NCBI GenBank assembly: GCA_947628135.1 | Contig: CANQYT010000001.1 | Coordinates: 65,285-129,284 of the forward strand | DNA from: an uncultured Clostridia bacterium | Lineage (GTDB): Bacteria > Bacillota > Clostridia > Christensenellales > CAG-314 | Reading direction: 5' to 3' | Length of the DNA stretch: 64,000 nucleotides | In this document: one piece after another, positions 55,240 through 64,000 of the stretch | How the letters are laid out: each line of letters opens with the position of its first letter | How positions within the stretch are numbered: position 1 is the first letter of the stretch | Position numbers and translations under genes: made by a program | The notes under the pieces: generated by a model | Seen by the model: the letters and a program-made list of their open reading frames with translations, nothing else | Databases searched by the model: none | What the model was told of the DNA's origin: nothing

Positions 55240-56175
55240 TTACGCTTTGCCCGCGCTGCCGAGTACGTCCGTAATTTTGTGTTTGACCATTTCTTTCATC
55301 ATAGTGCGGGCGTCGCCGAGGTATTGCCGCGGGTCGAAGTGAGAGGGGTATTCCGCAAAGTGCTTGCGCACGGCGGCGGTGAAGGCAACGCGCAGGTCGC
55401 TGTCGATGTTTATTTTGCAGACAGCCATTTTCGCCGCTTTTCTCAATTCGCTTTCGGGAATGCCTATCGCGTTGGGCATTTCTCCGCCGTATTGATTGAC
55501 GATAGCCACTTTGTCCTGCGGCACGCTGCTTGCGCCGTGCAAAACGATGGGGAAGTTGGGCAGTCTTTTGCCCACTTCTTCCAGAATGTCCAGCCGCAGT
55601 TTGGGGTCTTGACCGGGCTTGAATTTGTACGCGCCGTGACTTGTGCCGATAGCGATGGCAAGGCTGTCGATGCCCGTTCTCGCGGTAAATTCTTCCACCT
55701 CGTCGGGGCTGGTAAACAGCGCGTCGTCCGCGTCCACCTTGACGTCGTCCTCGATTCCCGCAAGTTTTCCCAGTTCCGCCTCCACGACAACGCCGTGCGC
55801 GTGGGCGTATTCCGTCACTTTACGCGTCAAAGCGATGTTTTCCTCCCACGGTTTGGAACTTGCGTCTATCATTACGGAGGTAAATCCGCCGTCGATAGAG
55901 GCTTTGCAAATGTCGAAATCCGCGCCGTGATCGAGATGCAGAGCGATGGGGATATCCGTCGTTTCCACGGCTGCTTCGACAAGGTGTTTCAGGTAGACGG
56001 GGTTGGCGTATTTGCGCGCGCCTGCCGACACTTGCAGGATAACGGGCGAACGGCATTCGTTGGCGGCTTCTACGATGGCTTGTACCATTTCCATATCGTT
56101 CACGTTGAAAGCGCCTATTGCGTATCCGCCTTTGTAGGCTTTTGCGAACATTTCTTTGGTTGTTACGAGTGGCAT
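55240..56175 (-). CDS. fba: Class II fructose-1,6-bisphosphate aldolase
   Basis: GGYAIGAFNVNDMEMVQAIVEAA, LHLDHG, GTSHGAYKF and LVLHGASS-like motifs. Confidence 0.9.
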   Translation of the reverse strand: MPLVTTKEMFAKAYKGGYAIGAFNVNDMEMVQAIVEAANECRSPVILQVSAGARKYANPVYLKHLVEAAVETTDIPIALHLDHGADFDICKASIDGGFTSVMIDASSKPWEENIALTRKVTEYAHAHGVVVEAELGKLAGIEDDVKVDADDALFTSPDEVEEFTARTGIDSLAIAIGTSHGAYKFKPGQDPKLRLDILEEVGKRLPNFPIVLHGASSVPQDKVAIVNQYGGEMPNAIGIPESELRKAAKMAVCKINIDSDLRVAFTAAVRKHFAEYPSHFDPRQYLGDARTMMKEMVKHKITDVLGSAGKA

Positions 56176-56250
56176 TTTGTTTCCTCCGGGTATAGATAGA
56201 TTTTATACAAGGCAAAACGGAATTTTATAGTAAAAAATACTCGCTTTGTG

Positions 56251-56279
56251 TTGTCAAACCGTTTGCCTTGTGCTATAAT
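56251..56279 (+). promoter_or_regulatory. Sigma-A-type promoter (extended -10) of gap
   Basis: TTGTCA, a 17-nt spacer, then TGcTATAAT. Confidence 0.65.
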
Positions 56280-56403
56280 TTGAAACGGTGGCTATGTACG
56301 CCAAGGGGGCGTTCCGCTCCATTGGTATTGTACCACAATACGTATTTTTAGTAAAGAAGTATTGCAAAACCAACTAAAAATTTTTTTTGGAGGTAAACTC
56401 ACA

Positions 56404-57468
56404 ATGGCAAAAAAAGTAAGAGTCGCAATCAACGGATTCGGACGTATCGGACGTTTGGCGTTCAGACAGATGTTCGGACAGAAAGGTTATGAGATAGTCG
56501 CTATCAACGACCTCACCAGCCCCAAGATGCTTGCGCATCTGTTGAAGTACGACACCGCACAAAAGCGTTACGAACTTGCAAGCACCGTAACCAGCACCGA
56601 GCCCGTTTTGTCCGAGGACGGCAAAAAGGTCATCACTCCCGGTACTCTCACGGTAAACGGCAAGACTATCAACATCTACGCCGAACCCAAGGCGGAGAAA
56701 CTTCCGTGGAGAAGACTGCGCGTAGACGTGGTGTTGGAATGCACGGGCTTTTACACCAGCAAAGCCAAGTCGCAGGCGCACATCGACGCAGGCGCTAAGA
56801 AAGTCATCATTTCCGCTCCCGCGGGCAACGATCTGCCTACGGTAGTTTACGGCGTAAACGAAGGTATTCTGAAACCCACCGATACCATCATTTCGGCGGC
56901 AAGCTGCACGACAAACTGCCTTGCTCCTATGGCAAAGGCGCTCAACGACTACGCTCCCATCGTATCCGGCATAATGACGACGGTACACGCCTACACGGGC
57001 GACCAGATGGTGCTTGACGGACCTCACCGCAAGGGCGACCTTCGCCGTGCGCGCGCAGCCGCTTGCAACATCGTACCCAACTCCACGGGCGCAGCCAAGG
57101 CTATCGGACTTGTCATTCCCGAATTGGACAAGAAACTCATCGGTTCGGCGCAGCGCGTACCCGTATGCACGGGCAGCACGACCATTCTCGTCGCCGTCGT
57201 AAAGGGACGCGACATCACCAAGGACAGCATCAACGCCTATATGAAGAGCGTCGCAAGCGACAGTTACGGCTACAACGAAGATCCTATCGTCAGCAGCGAC
57301 ATCATCGGCGACACCCACGGCTCTATCTTCGACGCCACGCAGACAATGGTGTCCAAGTTGGACGACGACACCTATCAAGTGCAAGTCGTGGCTTGGTACG
57401 ACAACGAGTACAGCTACACCACGCAAATGGTACGCACTATCAAGTACTTTGCGGAACTTTGCGAGTAA
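56404..57468 (+). CDS. gap: Glyceraldehyde-3-phosphate dehydrogenase
   Basis: [15 protein letters not shown], the active site [12 protein letters not shown], and [16 protein letters not shown]. Confidence 0.92.
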   Translation: MAKKVRVAINGFGRIGRLAFRQMFGQKGYEIVAINDLTSPKMLAHLLKYDTAQKRYELASTVTSTEPVLSEDGKKVITPGTLTVNGKTINIYAEPKAEKLPWRRLRVDVVLECTGFYTSKAKSQAHIDAGAKKVIISAPAGNDLPTVVYGVNEGILKPTDTIISAASCTTNCLAPMAKALNDYAPIVSGIMTTVHAYTGDQMVLDGPHRKGDLRRARAAACNIVPNSTGAAKAIGLVIPELDKKLIGSAQRVPVCTGSTTILVAVVKGRDITKDSINAYMKSVASDSYGYNEDPIVSSDIIGDTHGSIFDATQTMVSKLDDDTYQVQVVAWYDNEYSYTTQMVRTIKYFAELCE

Positions 57469-57489
57469 TTCCGCAACGGTAGATAAGGC

Positions 57490-57815
57490 TGATTTACAGC
57501 AAGTCGTATCGGGTATTCGGTAAAAAAACTTCATTTCGGACGCCGCGCAAAATTTATTGTGCGGCGTCCTTTTTTGTCGATCAAACAGTGTACGGGGCGG
57601 CGGATATTCCACGAAAGCGGCTTCGCGCGTCGCAACTCGCCCTTGACGTCACCGCTCGTGCAACCGACGCGAGAGGTTTCTCGGTTGTTCCTTTCCCCGT
57701 CAAGTCTCCTTTGTCTGCTTGACGGGGACTGCATATTACTTGAACAGCACGTTTTTGTCAAACATAATTGACTTGTGCGTCACGCTTGTTGCATATGGTC
57801 TTGCGCCGAACAGCC
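57490..57815 (+). repeat. Composite intergenic repeat, locus L4 (modules M, M', H and a degenerate T head)
   Basis: It aligns with L1 21798-22130. Confidence 0.75.
57538..57575 (+). terminator. Rho-independent terminator of gap (part of module M)
   Basis: GGACGCCGCGCAA / TTGTGCGGCGTCC followed by TTTTTT. Confidence 0.75.
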
Positions 57816-58040
57816 TCTTGTTTGCGCCCCGACGTTTATTATAGGACCGTATTTTTTTGCATAAAATTTCTTTATGAACACGCGCAACAAAGAAGTTCGC
57901 AGGGTGAATACGATTGACATTTTGCGATGAGGGTATTATACTTGTGGTAATTTGTCAAAAATGTACTTTGCAAGGCGATTGCGCGTAACGTTGCCGCGCC
58001 AGTATGCAATACTATGTAGAGAAGTTTTTGGGAGGGAACA

Positions 58041-59321
58041 ATGAATTATTTGGTATTGGCAATGATAGTTTTGACCGTATTGCCGATAGTAGCGGGCTTT
58101 TTGATAGGTCTCATTCGCGGCATAAAACGTTCTGTTGCCCGCGCCGTCACTATCGTGTTGTGCGTAGTGGCTGCGTGGCTGTTGTGCGGCGTAGTAAGCA
58201 ACGCCGTACTCAACGCGGAAATGCCGGGGCAGGGAATGGTCGTCAAGGAATACCTTATGCAGCAACTCACCGAGATGATGAGCGGAATCGACCTCAGCGA
58301 TATAATTTTGCCTTTCGTTCAAAGTCTCGTAAAGGTGCTGATGTTCGTAATTCTGTTTTGGGCGTTGCAATTTCTCACTTGGATCATCGTCACGCCCATT
58401 TGCAGCGCCGTTTTCCGCGGCAAAGACAAGAGGAAAGGCAAAGTGAAGCCCAAACGTCACAGACTCATCGGCAGCGTTATAGGCGCGGTGCAGGGTCTTG
58501 CCGTCGCGTTGGTTATTTGTATGGTGTTTTCGGGAATGTTTACGCAGGTGGGTCGTCTTTTCGCTATGGTGCAGGACCTTCCGCAAGCGGAGCAGACTGC
58601 CGAAACTTATGAAATGTCCTCCGAGGACGAAACCGCGCCCGAGGGCGAAGGTTCTGAGGCGATGTCGGAAGTTTTGGAAATGTTTTCCGGCTATGCCGAC
58701 AGCGGCGTAGGCAAGTTCTATCAATCGCTTACGGGCAAACCCTTCGAATGGCTGTCCTCCGTGACCACCGACAAGGGGGACACGGTAACGCTGCCCGGGT
58801 TGGTGGATTCGATGGAAGGCGTGGCGCGTATGGCGCGCGAAGTGGTAAAGATGGGCGAGATAGACTTTGCCGCGATGATGAGCAGCGGCGATTTCAGCGA
58901 TTTGAAAGAAATTCTCGGCAATCTCGACGCCATCAAGGGCGACCTGTCCGAACAAGCCCTCGAAACCATCAACGGTTTGCTTCAACCTATGAGCGAGGCG
59001 TTGGATCTGCCCATAGACCTCAGCAGTCTGGACTTGAACACGGTTGAATTTGCAAAAGAGGGGGAAATAATAGAAAATCTGTACGGCTACACCCAAGCGA
59101 ACGCGGAAGAGTTGACCGTTGAGGACGCGAAAGACATCGTCAAGCAGATCGGCGAAAGTCAGTTGATATTGCCCGTTGTGCAAAGCGCAAGCGAGGATAT
59201 AACCTCCTCGCTCACCGAGGAACAGACCGATTTCATCAGTTCGGCTATCGACAGTATCGAAGAGGAGCAGTCTCTGTCGCAGGATAAAATCGACGCTCTG
59301 CGCGATATATTCGGCGTGTAA
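58041..59321 (+). CDS. CvpA-like membrane protein with a long acidic C-terminal extension
   Basis: The N-terminal 4-TM region IVLTVLPIVAGFLIGLIRGIKRSV is CvpA-like. GGGAGGG RBS. Confidence 0.5.
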   Translation: MNYLVLAMIVLTVLPIVAGFLIGLIRGIKRSVARAVTIVLCVVAAWLLCGVVSNAVLNAEMPGQGMVVKEYLMQQLTEMMSGIDLSDIILPFVQSLVKVLMFVILFWALQFLTWIIVTPICSAVFRGKDKRKGKVKPKRHRLIGSVIGAVQGLAVALVICMVFSGMFTQVGRLFAMVQDLPQAEQTAETYEMSSEDETAPEGEGSEAMSEVLEMFSGYADSGVGKFYQSLTGKPFEWLSSVTTDKGDTVTLPGLVDSMEGVARMAREVVKMGEIDFAAMMSSGDFSDLKEILGNLDAIKGDLSEQALETINGLLQPMSEALDLPIDLSSLDLNTVEFAKEGEIIENLYGYTQANAEELTVEDAKDIVKQIGESQLILPVVQSASEDITSSLTEEQTDFISSAIDSIEEEQSLSQDKIDALRDIFGV

Positions 59322-59335
59322 CGATGCGTCTTACG

Positions 59336-59363
59336 GCGCGCCGCAACTGCGGCGCGCTTTTTT
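59336..59363 (+). terminator. Rho-independent terminator
   Basis: GCGCGCCGC-aact-GCGGCGCGC followed by TTTTTT. Confidence 0.75.
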
Positions 59364-59474
59364 GATTGGGTAAATTTCGCGGTTGCTATTGAAGAAAAGG
59401 CAAATTCGTGCTATAATATATAATACGCAATCTCCCTTTTGGGGCTGATGGGTAAAAAAATCGAGGAGCAAGCA

Positions 59475-60791
59475 ATGAACATAGTAGACATCATCGAAAA
59501 GAAAAAGACCAAGCAGGAACTCACCGCGGAGGAAATTCGCTTTTTCGTAAACGGTTTCACCGACGGCTCAATACCCGACTATCAGATGTCGGCGCTGTTG
59601 ATGGCAGTTTTGCTCAACGGTATGACGGACGCGGAAACGTTCGCAATGACCGACGCAATGTTGCACAGCGGCGACGTGGTGGATATGTCGGCTTTGGGCG
59701 GCACGGTCGTGGACAAACACAGCACGGGCGGCATAGGCGACAGCACAACGTTGGCGCTTGCTCCGATACTTGCGTGTTGCGGCGTTTACGTAGCCAAGAT
59801 GAGCGGCAGAGGTCTCGGCTTTACGGGGGGAACTATCGACAAGTTGGAAAGTATCCCCGGCTTCGACACCGCCCTCTCCGAAGAGGAATTTTTCGACGTG
59901 GTAAAGCGCGTCGGCTGCGCGGTGATAGGTCAAACGGCGAATCTTGCTCCCGCCGACAAAAAGATATACGCATTGCGCGACGTAACGGGCACTGTCAATT
60001 CCATACCGCTCATCTGCGCCAGCATAATGAGCAAAAAACTTGCCAGCGGCTCGGATACGATACTGTTGGACGTCAAGTATGGAAGCGGCGCGTTTATGCC
60101 CGACCCCGAAAGCGCGTTGGAACTTGCCTCCAAGATGGTGGCGATAGGCGCGCTCGCGGGCAAGCGTATAGGCGCGCTCATCACGGATATGCAGCAGCCG
60201 CTGTCCGATCACGTAGGCAATTCTTTGGAAATAATAGGCATCATCGACGTACTGCGCGGCAAAAAGAATCGGCTGTACAGCGAAGTGCGGGAAGTGGCGT
60301 TGAGATTGCTTGCTCTCACGGGCAAGTACACCCTTCAAACCGCCGAAAAGGCGTTTTGCGAGGCGATAGAAAGCGGCAAGGCGCTGAACAAATTCGCCGA
60401 AATGGTGCAGGCTCAGCACGGCGACGCCGACTACATTTTCCACCCCGAAAAGTTCGAAATAGGCGCGCGCGACGTCGTCGTTGCGGACAGAGACGGCTAC
60501 GTGACGCAAATGGTCGCCGCAGATATTGGCAGGGCGGTAACGCGTCTCGGCGGAGGCAGAATGACCAAAAGCGACGTCATAGATTTCTCCGTGGGCGTGA
60601 TTATGCGCGTTGCCATCGGCAACAAAGTAAAGCGCGGCGATGTGCTTTGCGAGGTGTACCACAACGGCGGCAGAGGGCTTTCCGAAGCCAAGCAACTTGT
60701 TTTCAACGCAATCACGGTGGGCGACGAACGTCCCGCCGAACACAAAATTGCCTACGCCTACGTGGACAGCAACGGAGTGGAGATGTACTGA
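59475..60791 (+). CDS. pdp: Pyrimidine-nucleoside (thymidine) phosphorylase
   Basis: IPDYQMSALLMAV, VDKHSTGGIGD, SGRGLGFTGGTIDKLESIPGF and the C-terminal PYNP domain. Confidence 0.88.
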   Translation: MNIVDIIEKKKTKQELTAEEIRFFVNGFTDGSIPDYQMSALLMAVLLNGMTDAETFAMTDAMLHSGDVVDMSALGGTVVDKHSTGGIGDSTTLALAPILACCGVYVAKMSGRGLGFTGGTIDKLESIPGFDTALSEEEFFDVVKRVGCAVIGQTANLAPADKKIYALRDVTGTVNSIPLICASIMSKKLASGSDTILLDVKYGSGAFMPDPESALELASKMVAIGALAGKRIGALITDMQQPLSDHVGNSLEIIGIIDVLRGKKNRLYSEVREVALRLLALTGKYTLQTAEKAFCEAIESGKALNKFAEMVQAQHGDADYIFHPEKFEIGARDVVVADRDGYVTQMVAADIGRAVTRLGGGRMTKSDVIDFSVGVIMRVAIGNKVKRGDVLCEVYHNGGRGLSEAKQLVFNAITVGDERPAEHKIAYAYVDSNGVEMY

Positions 60792-61447
60792 TGTCGGTAA
60801 ACGTTCTGCTCAACTACTACAATTTCGACGGCGATTGGGCTCGTCCTCATTTGCAAAAGTTTTTCAAAAACCTACCCCAAGTACTCATTTTGCCCCTTGC
60901 CTATCGTGAAAACGAAGTATACGACAACGAAAGTTGGCTGCGGCTCTACGGCAAAGGCGGCGAAAAGTACGTCAACATAGTGCGCCCGTTTCTCACCTAC
61001 GGCTACCGCGAGGAACAACTTCGCTGGCTCGACCCTTTCGATTGCAAAGATCCGCTCGCAATGTTGAAAGGCGCGGAGGTTTTGTTTTTTACGGGCGGTA
61101 TGCCGGAAAAGGCGCTTTCTCGTCTTGAAACGCTTGGTCTGACGGAGGAGGTTCGCCGTTTCGACGGCATAGTGGCGGGAGCGTCCGCAGGCGCAATGCT
61201 GCAATTGGAACAGTACCACGTCACGCCGGACGAGGACTATGCTCACTACGGTTTGTGGCGGGGACTTGGTCTTGTGTGCGGCTTGGACCTCGAAGTGCAT
61301 TATCTTGCGACCCAACTGCAAGACGATTGCGCCGCAAGGGCTCATCGCGAACTTGCAATTCCCGTGTACAAGATGTGGCACGAGGGCGGTCTGCTCGTGG
61401 AAAACGGCGTTGTTACGCCGATGGGCAACGTCGAAGTGCTTGAATAA
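60791..61447 (+). CDS. Peptidase S51 (dipeptidase E/cyanophycinase-like) family protein
   Basis: FTGGMPEKAL and GASAGAMLQLE (nucleophile Ser context). The ATG overlaps the pdp stop by 1 nt. Confidence 0.6.
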   Translation: MSVNVLLNYYNFDGDWARPHLQKFFKNLPQVLILPLAYRENEVYDNESWLRLYGKGGEKYVNIVRPFLTYGYREEQLRWLDPFDCKDPLAMLKGAEVLFFTGGMPEKALSRLETLGLTEEVRRFDGIVAGASAGAMLQLEQYHVTPDEDYAHYGLWRGLGLVCGLDLEVHYLATQLQDDCAARAHRELAIPVYKMWHEGGLLVENGVVTPMGNVEVLE

Positions 61448-61525
61448 ACCGCCGCTTCGACCTACTTTTCCGACCACACGTGCGACGTGTCGTATCGGGT
61501 ATTCCGCGCAAAAAGGCTTCGCTTC

Positions 61526-61572
61526 GTGTGCCGCACCTTGTTAGGTGCGGCACACTTGTTGCAGATTATTTT
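61526..61572 (+). terminator. Rho-independent terminator of the S51 peptidase gene (part of module M/T)
   Basis: GTGTGCCGCACC-ttgtta-GGTGCGGCACAC 12-bp stem followed by TTGTTGCAGATTATTTT. Confidence 0.65.
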
Positions 61573-61611
61573 GCGTTGGAACACCCTCACTCTCGGTGTT
61601 ACAATGTCCCC

Positions 61612-61739
61612 GACCGCCCACCCCTATTCGCGGATATGAGTTTGAGACTGTTGAGAAAAGTTATTTCGAATACACACGATTAAAATTTAATAGACAACAT
61701 ATATGAAACCGACACTCTCGGCTGAGGTCGGTTTCTTTT
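61612..61739 (+). ncRNA. Candidate C-rich small RNA (copy in L3)
   Basis: TTGGAA, 18 nt, then TGtTACAAT at 61576-61605. The body begins CCCCGACCGCCCACCCC. The terminator is GAAACCGAC..GTCGGTTTC plus TTTT at 61705-61739. Confidence 0.4.
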
Positions 61740-62229
61740 ATGTATTTAGTAACATTATCCTGTGCGCTTACGCGCCGCCGCAGTCGAATAGGGTACCCGC
61801 ACAATTTGAGCTTGCGAAAATTGTGTGGGAGAGGAGCGCCTATGCGTCAGCGGTATCAAGTACGCTTGAGCGTGCTTGGTGCTGACAAACATAAGGCGCG
61901 ACGAAGTGGTGCAGGAAACCTGCGCGGTCGGATAAACCTTTCGCCGGGGTCTCCCCTACCCCCGGCATCTTGATAGGGGACCCGCACAATTTGAGTTTAC
62001 GAAAATTGTGTGGGAGAGGAGCACCATTGTGTCAGCCGTACCGAGTACGCTTACGCGTGCTTGGTTCTGACTAACAATTGGCGCGACGACGACGCAAAGA
62101 TTCGGTACACGCCCGAACTTTGCGGAGTTTGGTTGAAACTTGGCGGGTTTGTCTTGTCGACTTGTTCGCACCCCAACAATTACAGAACCAAAATATTTGC
62201 TTATATCTTCCGATTTCTATTCGTCCGCA

Positions 62230-62258
62230 TTGACATTCGTTTGTTTTTTTTGTATAAT
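62230..62258 (+). promoter_or_regulatory. Sigma-A-type promoter of the GH95 gene
   Basis: TTGACA, a 17-nt spacer containing T8, then TATAAT. Confidence 0.6.
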
Positions 62259-62294
62259 AATAAATTGTAATGCTACGCGCATTCGGGAGAAACT

Positions 62295-64000
62295 ATGACC
62301 GACAAATTTGCTGATATTCTCAAATTCGGTACACCCGCCGATTGGTGGGGAGAAAAGTGGCGCGAGGGTCTGTATCTCGGCAACGGACGTATGGGCGCAA
62401 ACGTGTACGGCGGCGCTTCGGAGGAAAAGATACTCTTCAACGAATCGACGCTTTGTTGGCGCGGACGTACCACCGTTGTGCCGGACGTGTCCGATCGCAT
62501 AGAGGAGACCCGACGGCTCATAGACGACGGGGACTTTCTGCGCGCGCAAAAGGTAATTCCCGACGCGCTCAAACAAAAAAGTTTCCGTCCGCAAGCCGCA
62601 TATCCTCTGCCCCTTTGCGAATTGGATATGCTGTTTGAGCAGAGCGACGTAACGGCAGATTTCCAACGGACGTTGGATATGGAAAAGGGGGAAGCGACGG
62701 TAAGTTACGCCGTTGCGGACACACGTTACAAGCGGTGCGCTTTCGTTTCCCGCGCGGACGATCTGTTCGCCTACCGCATCACAAAGCAGGGCAACGGCTC
62801 TGTCAGCGTTCGGCTGAGTTTTCAACTTATGCACAGGGTCAACTCTCACACGTACGAGGGGCTGTGCGATCTGCCCGAGGGCGTTTCAGTAAGTTACGAC
62901 AGACAAAATATGTTTTTTGCCGCGCGCAACGATGACGACGGCACGGACTACGGCGCGGTTGCCAAGTTGCACGTTCTCGGCGGCAGTATACGGGCTGAGC
63001 AGGGTTACGTGGACGTGTCTCGCGCCCAATCGGTGCTTATTCTCGTCAAAGTGTTTGCGGGCAGTTCCCGCGAAAAGGCTTGGACAAATCTTAAAGAACA
63101 ACTGCTCGCCTGCAAGGACGGCTACGACAAGATGTTCAAGGCGCACGCCGCGCTTCATTCCAAATTGTACAACACGGCTAACGTGCGTTTGGGCGAACCT
63201 ACGTCCGCCAACGTGGACAGGCTGGTCGCGGAGGAAGATATGTCTGCGGCGTTGGTGCAGAGATTGCACGGTTTTGCGCGCTATCTCACCGTCGCGGGTA
63301 CGGCGGAGGGCGGTCTGTTCGGTCCGTGCGGGCTGTGGAACGGCTGTTACAAGCCCTATCGCGCGTTTTTGTGTATGAGCGGCGAAATGCAGATGAGTAT
63401 GCTGCACGCTTTTCAGGGCAATATGATGGGCAACGCGGAGCGCTCTTTCGAATATTTTTGGAACAATATGGGCGACTACCGCAACAACGCTCAGCGTATT
63501 TTCGGGTGCAGAGGCATTGCCGTGCCCGTCGTCGCCGCGCCCAAGACGGGACGTTTGGGCAGTACGGACGTGTTTGCCGTACACTTTACGGGTTGCGCGG
63601 CGTGGGTGGCTAATTTGTACTACAAGTATGTAAAGCACAGCGGCAACGTCAAGTTTTTGCGCAACCGTCTGATACCTTTTATGAAAGAAACGGCGCAATT
63701 CTACGAGGATATGCTTTCCTTGACGGACAACGGGTTGGAACTCAGTCCGTCCGCGCTGCCTATGCGTATCGCCGACGGTTACGGCATTACCGACCGTCCA
63801 TTTGTAGCGAAAAACAGCGCTTTGGAATTGGCTCTTGCAAAGGATCTTCTGAGCAACCTTGTGGAAGCGTGCAAAACCAACAACGTCAAGGGACGTCTGA
63901 ACGTGTGGCAAAACCTTTTGGAGCAGTTCCCCGACAAGCAAGCGGGTGCGGACGGCGTTTTCCGCGAGTTCGTCAACTCGCTCATTTCCGTAGATTACAC
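62295..64000 (+). CDS. Glycoside hydrolase family 95-like (alpha-L-fucosidase-type) enzyme; 3' end outside the window; not present in the supplied ORF track
   Basis: I translated from ATG 62295 (GGGAGA RBS) to the window end and found no stop. The N-terminus WWGEKWREGLYLGNGRMGANVYGG..EKILFNESTLCWRG fits the GH95 N-terminal pattern. The minus-strand ORFs 62217-62849 and 62886-63941 are its antisense shadows. Confidence 0.65.
   Translation, partial: MTDKFADILKFGTPADWWGEKWREGLYLGNGRMGANVYGGASEEKILFNESTLCWRGRTTVVPDVSDRIEETRRLIDDGDFLRAQKVIPDALKQKSFRPQAAYPLPLCELDMLFEQSDVTADFQRTLDMEKGEATVSYAVADTRYKRCAFVSRADDLFAYRITKQGNGSVSVRLSFQLMHRVNSHTYEGLCDLPEGVSVSYDRQNMFFAARNDDDGTDYGAVAKLHVLGGSIRAEQGYVDVSRAQSVLILVKVFAGSSREKAWTNLKEQLLACKDGYDKMFKAHAALHSKLYNTANVRLGEPTSANVDRLVAEEDMSAALVQRLHGFARYLTVAGTAEGGLFGPCGLWNGCYKPYRAFLCMSGEMQMSMLHAFQGNMMGNAERSFEYFWNNMGDYRNNAQRIFGCRGIAVPVVAAPKTGRLGSTDVFAVHFTGCAAWVANLYYKYVKHSGNVKFLRNRLIPFMKETAQFYEDMLSLTDNGLELSPSALPMRIADGYGITDRPFVAKNSALELALAKDLLSNLVEACKTNNVKGRLNVWQNLLEQFPDKQAGADGVFREFVNSLISVDY

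Larger units (their letters stand above)
61457..62189 (+). repeat. Composite intergenic repeat, locus L3 (modules M, T, S; S carries an internal tandem duplication of about 186 nt)
   Basis: It aligns with the reverse complement of 24408-25258. Confidence 0.8.

Noticed and set aside
61603-61638. A leaderless micro-ORF MSPTAHPYSRI at the head of the sRNA candidate (L1: MSPPARPYSRI).
   Set aside because: The ATG overlaps the predicted -10 and would lie upstream of the predicted TSS. In L2 the frame runs on to a different, longer product. It is not conserved as a peptide.
61787-62100. The tandem units of about 186 nt in L3 as a diversity-generating retroelement TR/VR pair.
   Set aside because: Differences between the two units are not adenine-specific, there is no RT gene, and the units are not inside a coding target.
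61762-62189. A complete mobile group II intron.
   Set aside because: There is no reverse-transcriptase/maturase ORF and no recognisable domain V/VI. Sequence conservation between loci continues upstream across the putative 5' splice site. Only a fragment-level resemblance is retained (reported as a finding with caveats).

Overview
This 64-kb chromosomal segment looks like a spore-forming Bacillota (Clostridia-type) genome. All domain and family calls are motif recognition by eye; no database, HMM or folding run was possible.

Backbone: it is G+C-rich, with spot counts of about 55-63% on single 60-nt lines. It carries housekeeping genes:
- pro-sigma-K, a split chromate transporter, ferritin and a UDP-sugar pyrophosphorylase
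- a Y-family polymerase plus YolD, tmRNA and ppdK
- GH31 and a malQ-glgB-glgP-GH13 glycogen/maltodextrin block
- two YitT paralogues, MATE, hypoxanthine-DNA glycosylase, pepT, fba, gap and pdp
- a GH95 gene that runs off the right edge and is absent from the supplied ORF track

Accessory and unusual content:
1. An AT-rich island of about 9 kb (about 30% G+C on a spot count) lies beside tRNA-Val(CAC). An 18-bp duplicate of the tRNA 3' end marks its edge. It holds defence-type genes: T5orf172/GIY-YIG, an AAA-ATPase + RloB (AbiL-like) pair, a decayed DUF2075-type helicase, an Rx4H (HEPN-like) protein and a HelD/UvrD-like helicase with Zn-ribbons and HRDC. No recombinase is present.
2. A 2.8-kb AT-rich single-gene cassette (SF1 helicase fused to a PD-(D/E)xK-like nuclease) sits in the 3' end of ppdK. 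It is bounded by 56-bp direct repeats that differ only by two synonymous changes. The HelD-like gene is similarly bracketed by direct repeats of about 62 bp, and a small membrane-protein gene by 27-bp hairpin repeats.
3. A modular non-coding repeat family occupies four intergenic loci. It includes a promoter-plus-terminator-bounded C-rich sRNA candidate and a structured module of about 320-430 nt with a group-II-intron-like 5' end.
4. A G9 tract forms most of the spacer of a sigma-A-type promoter driving a membrane protein, which makes it a candidate phase-variation switch.

The many long ORFs antisense to real genes are codon-phase shadows and were rejected.
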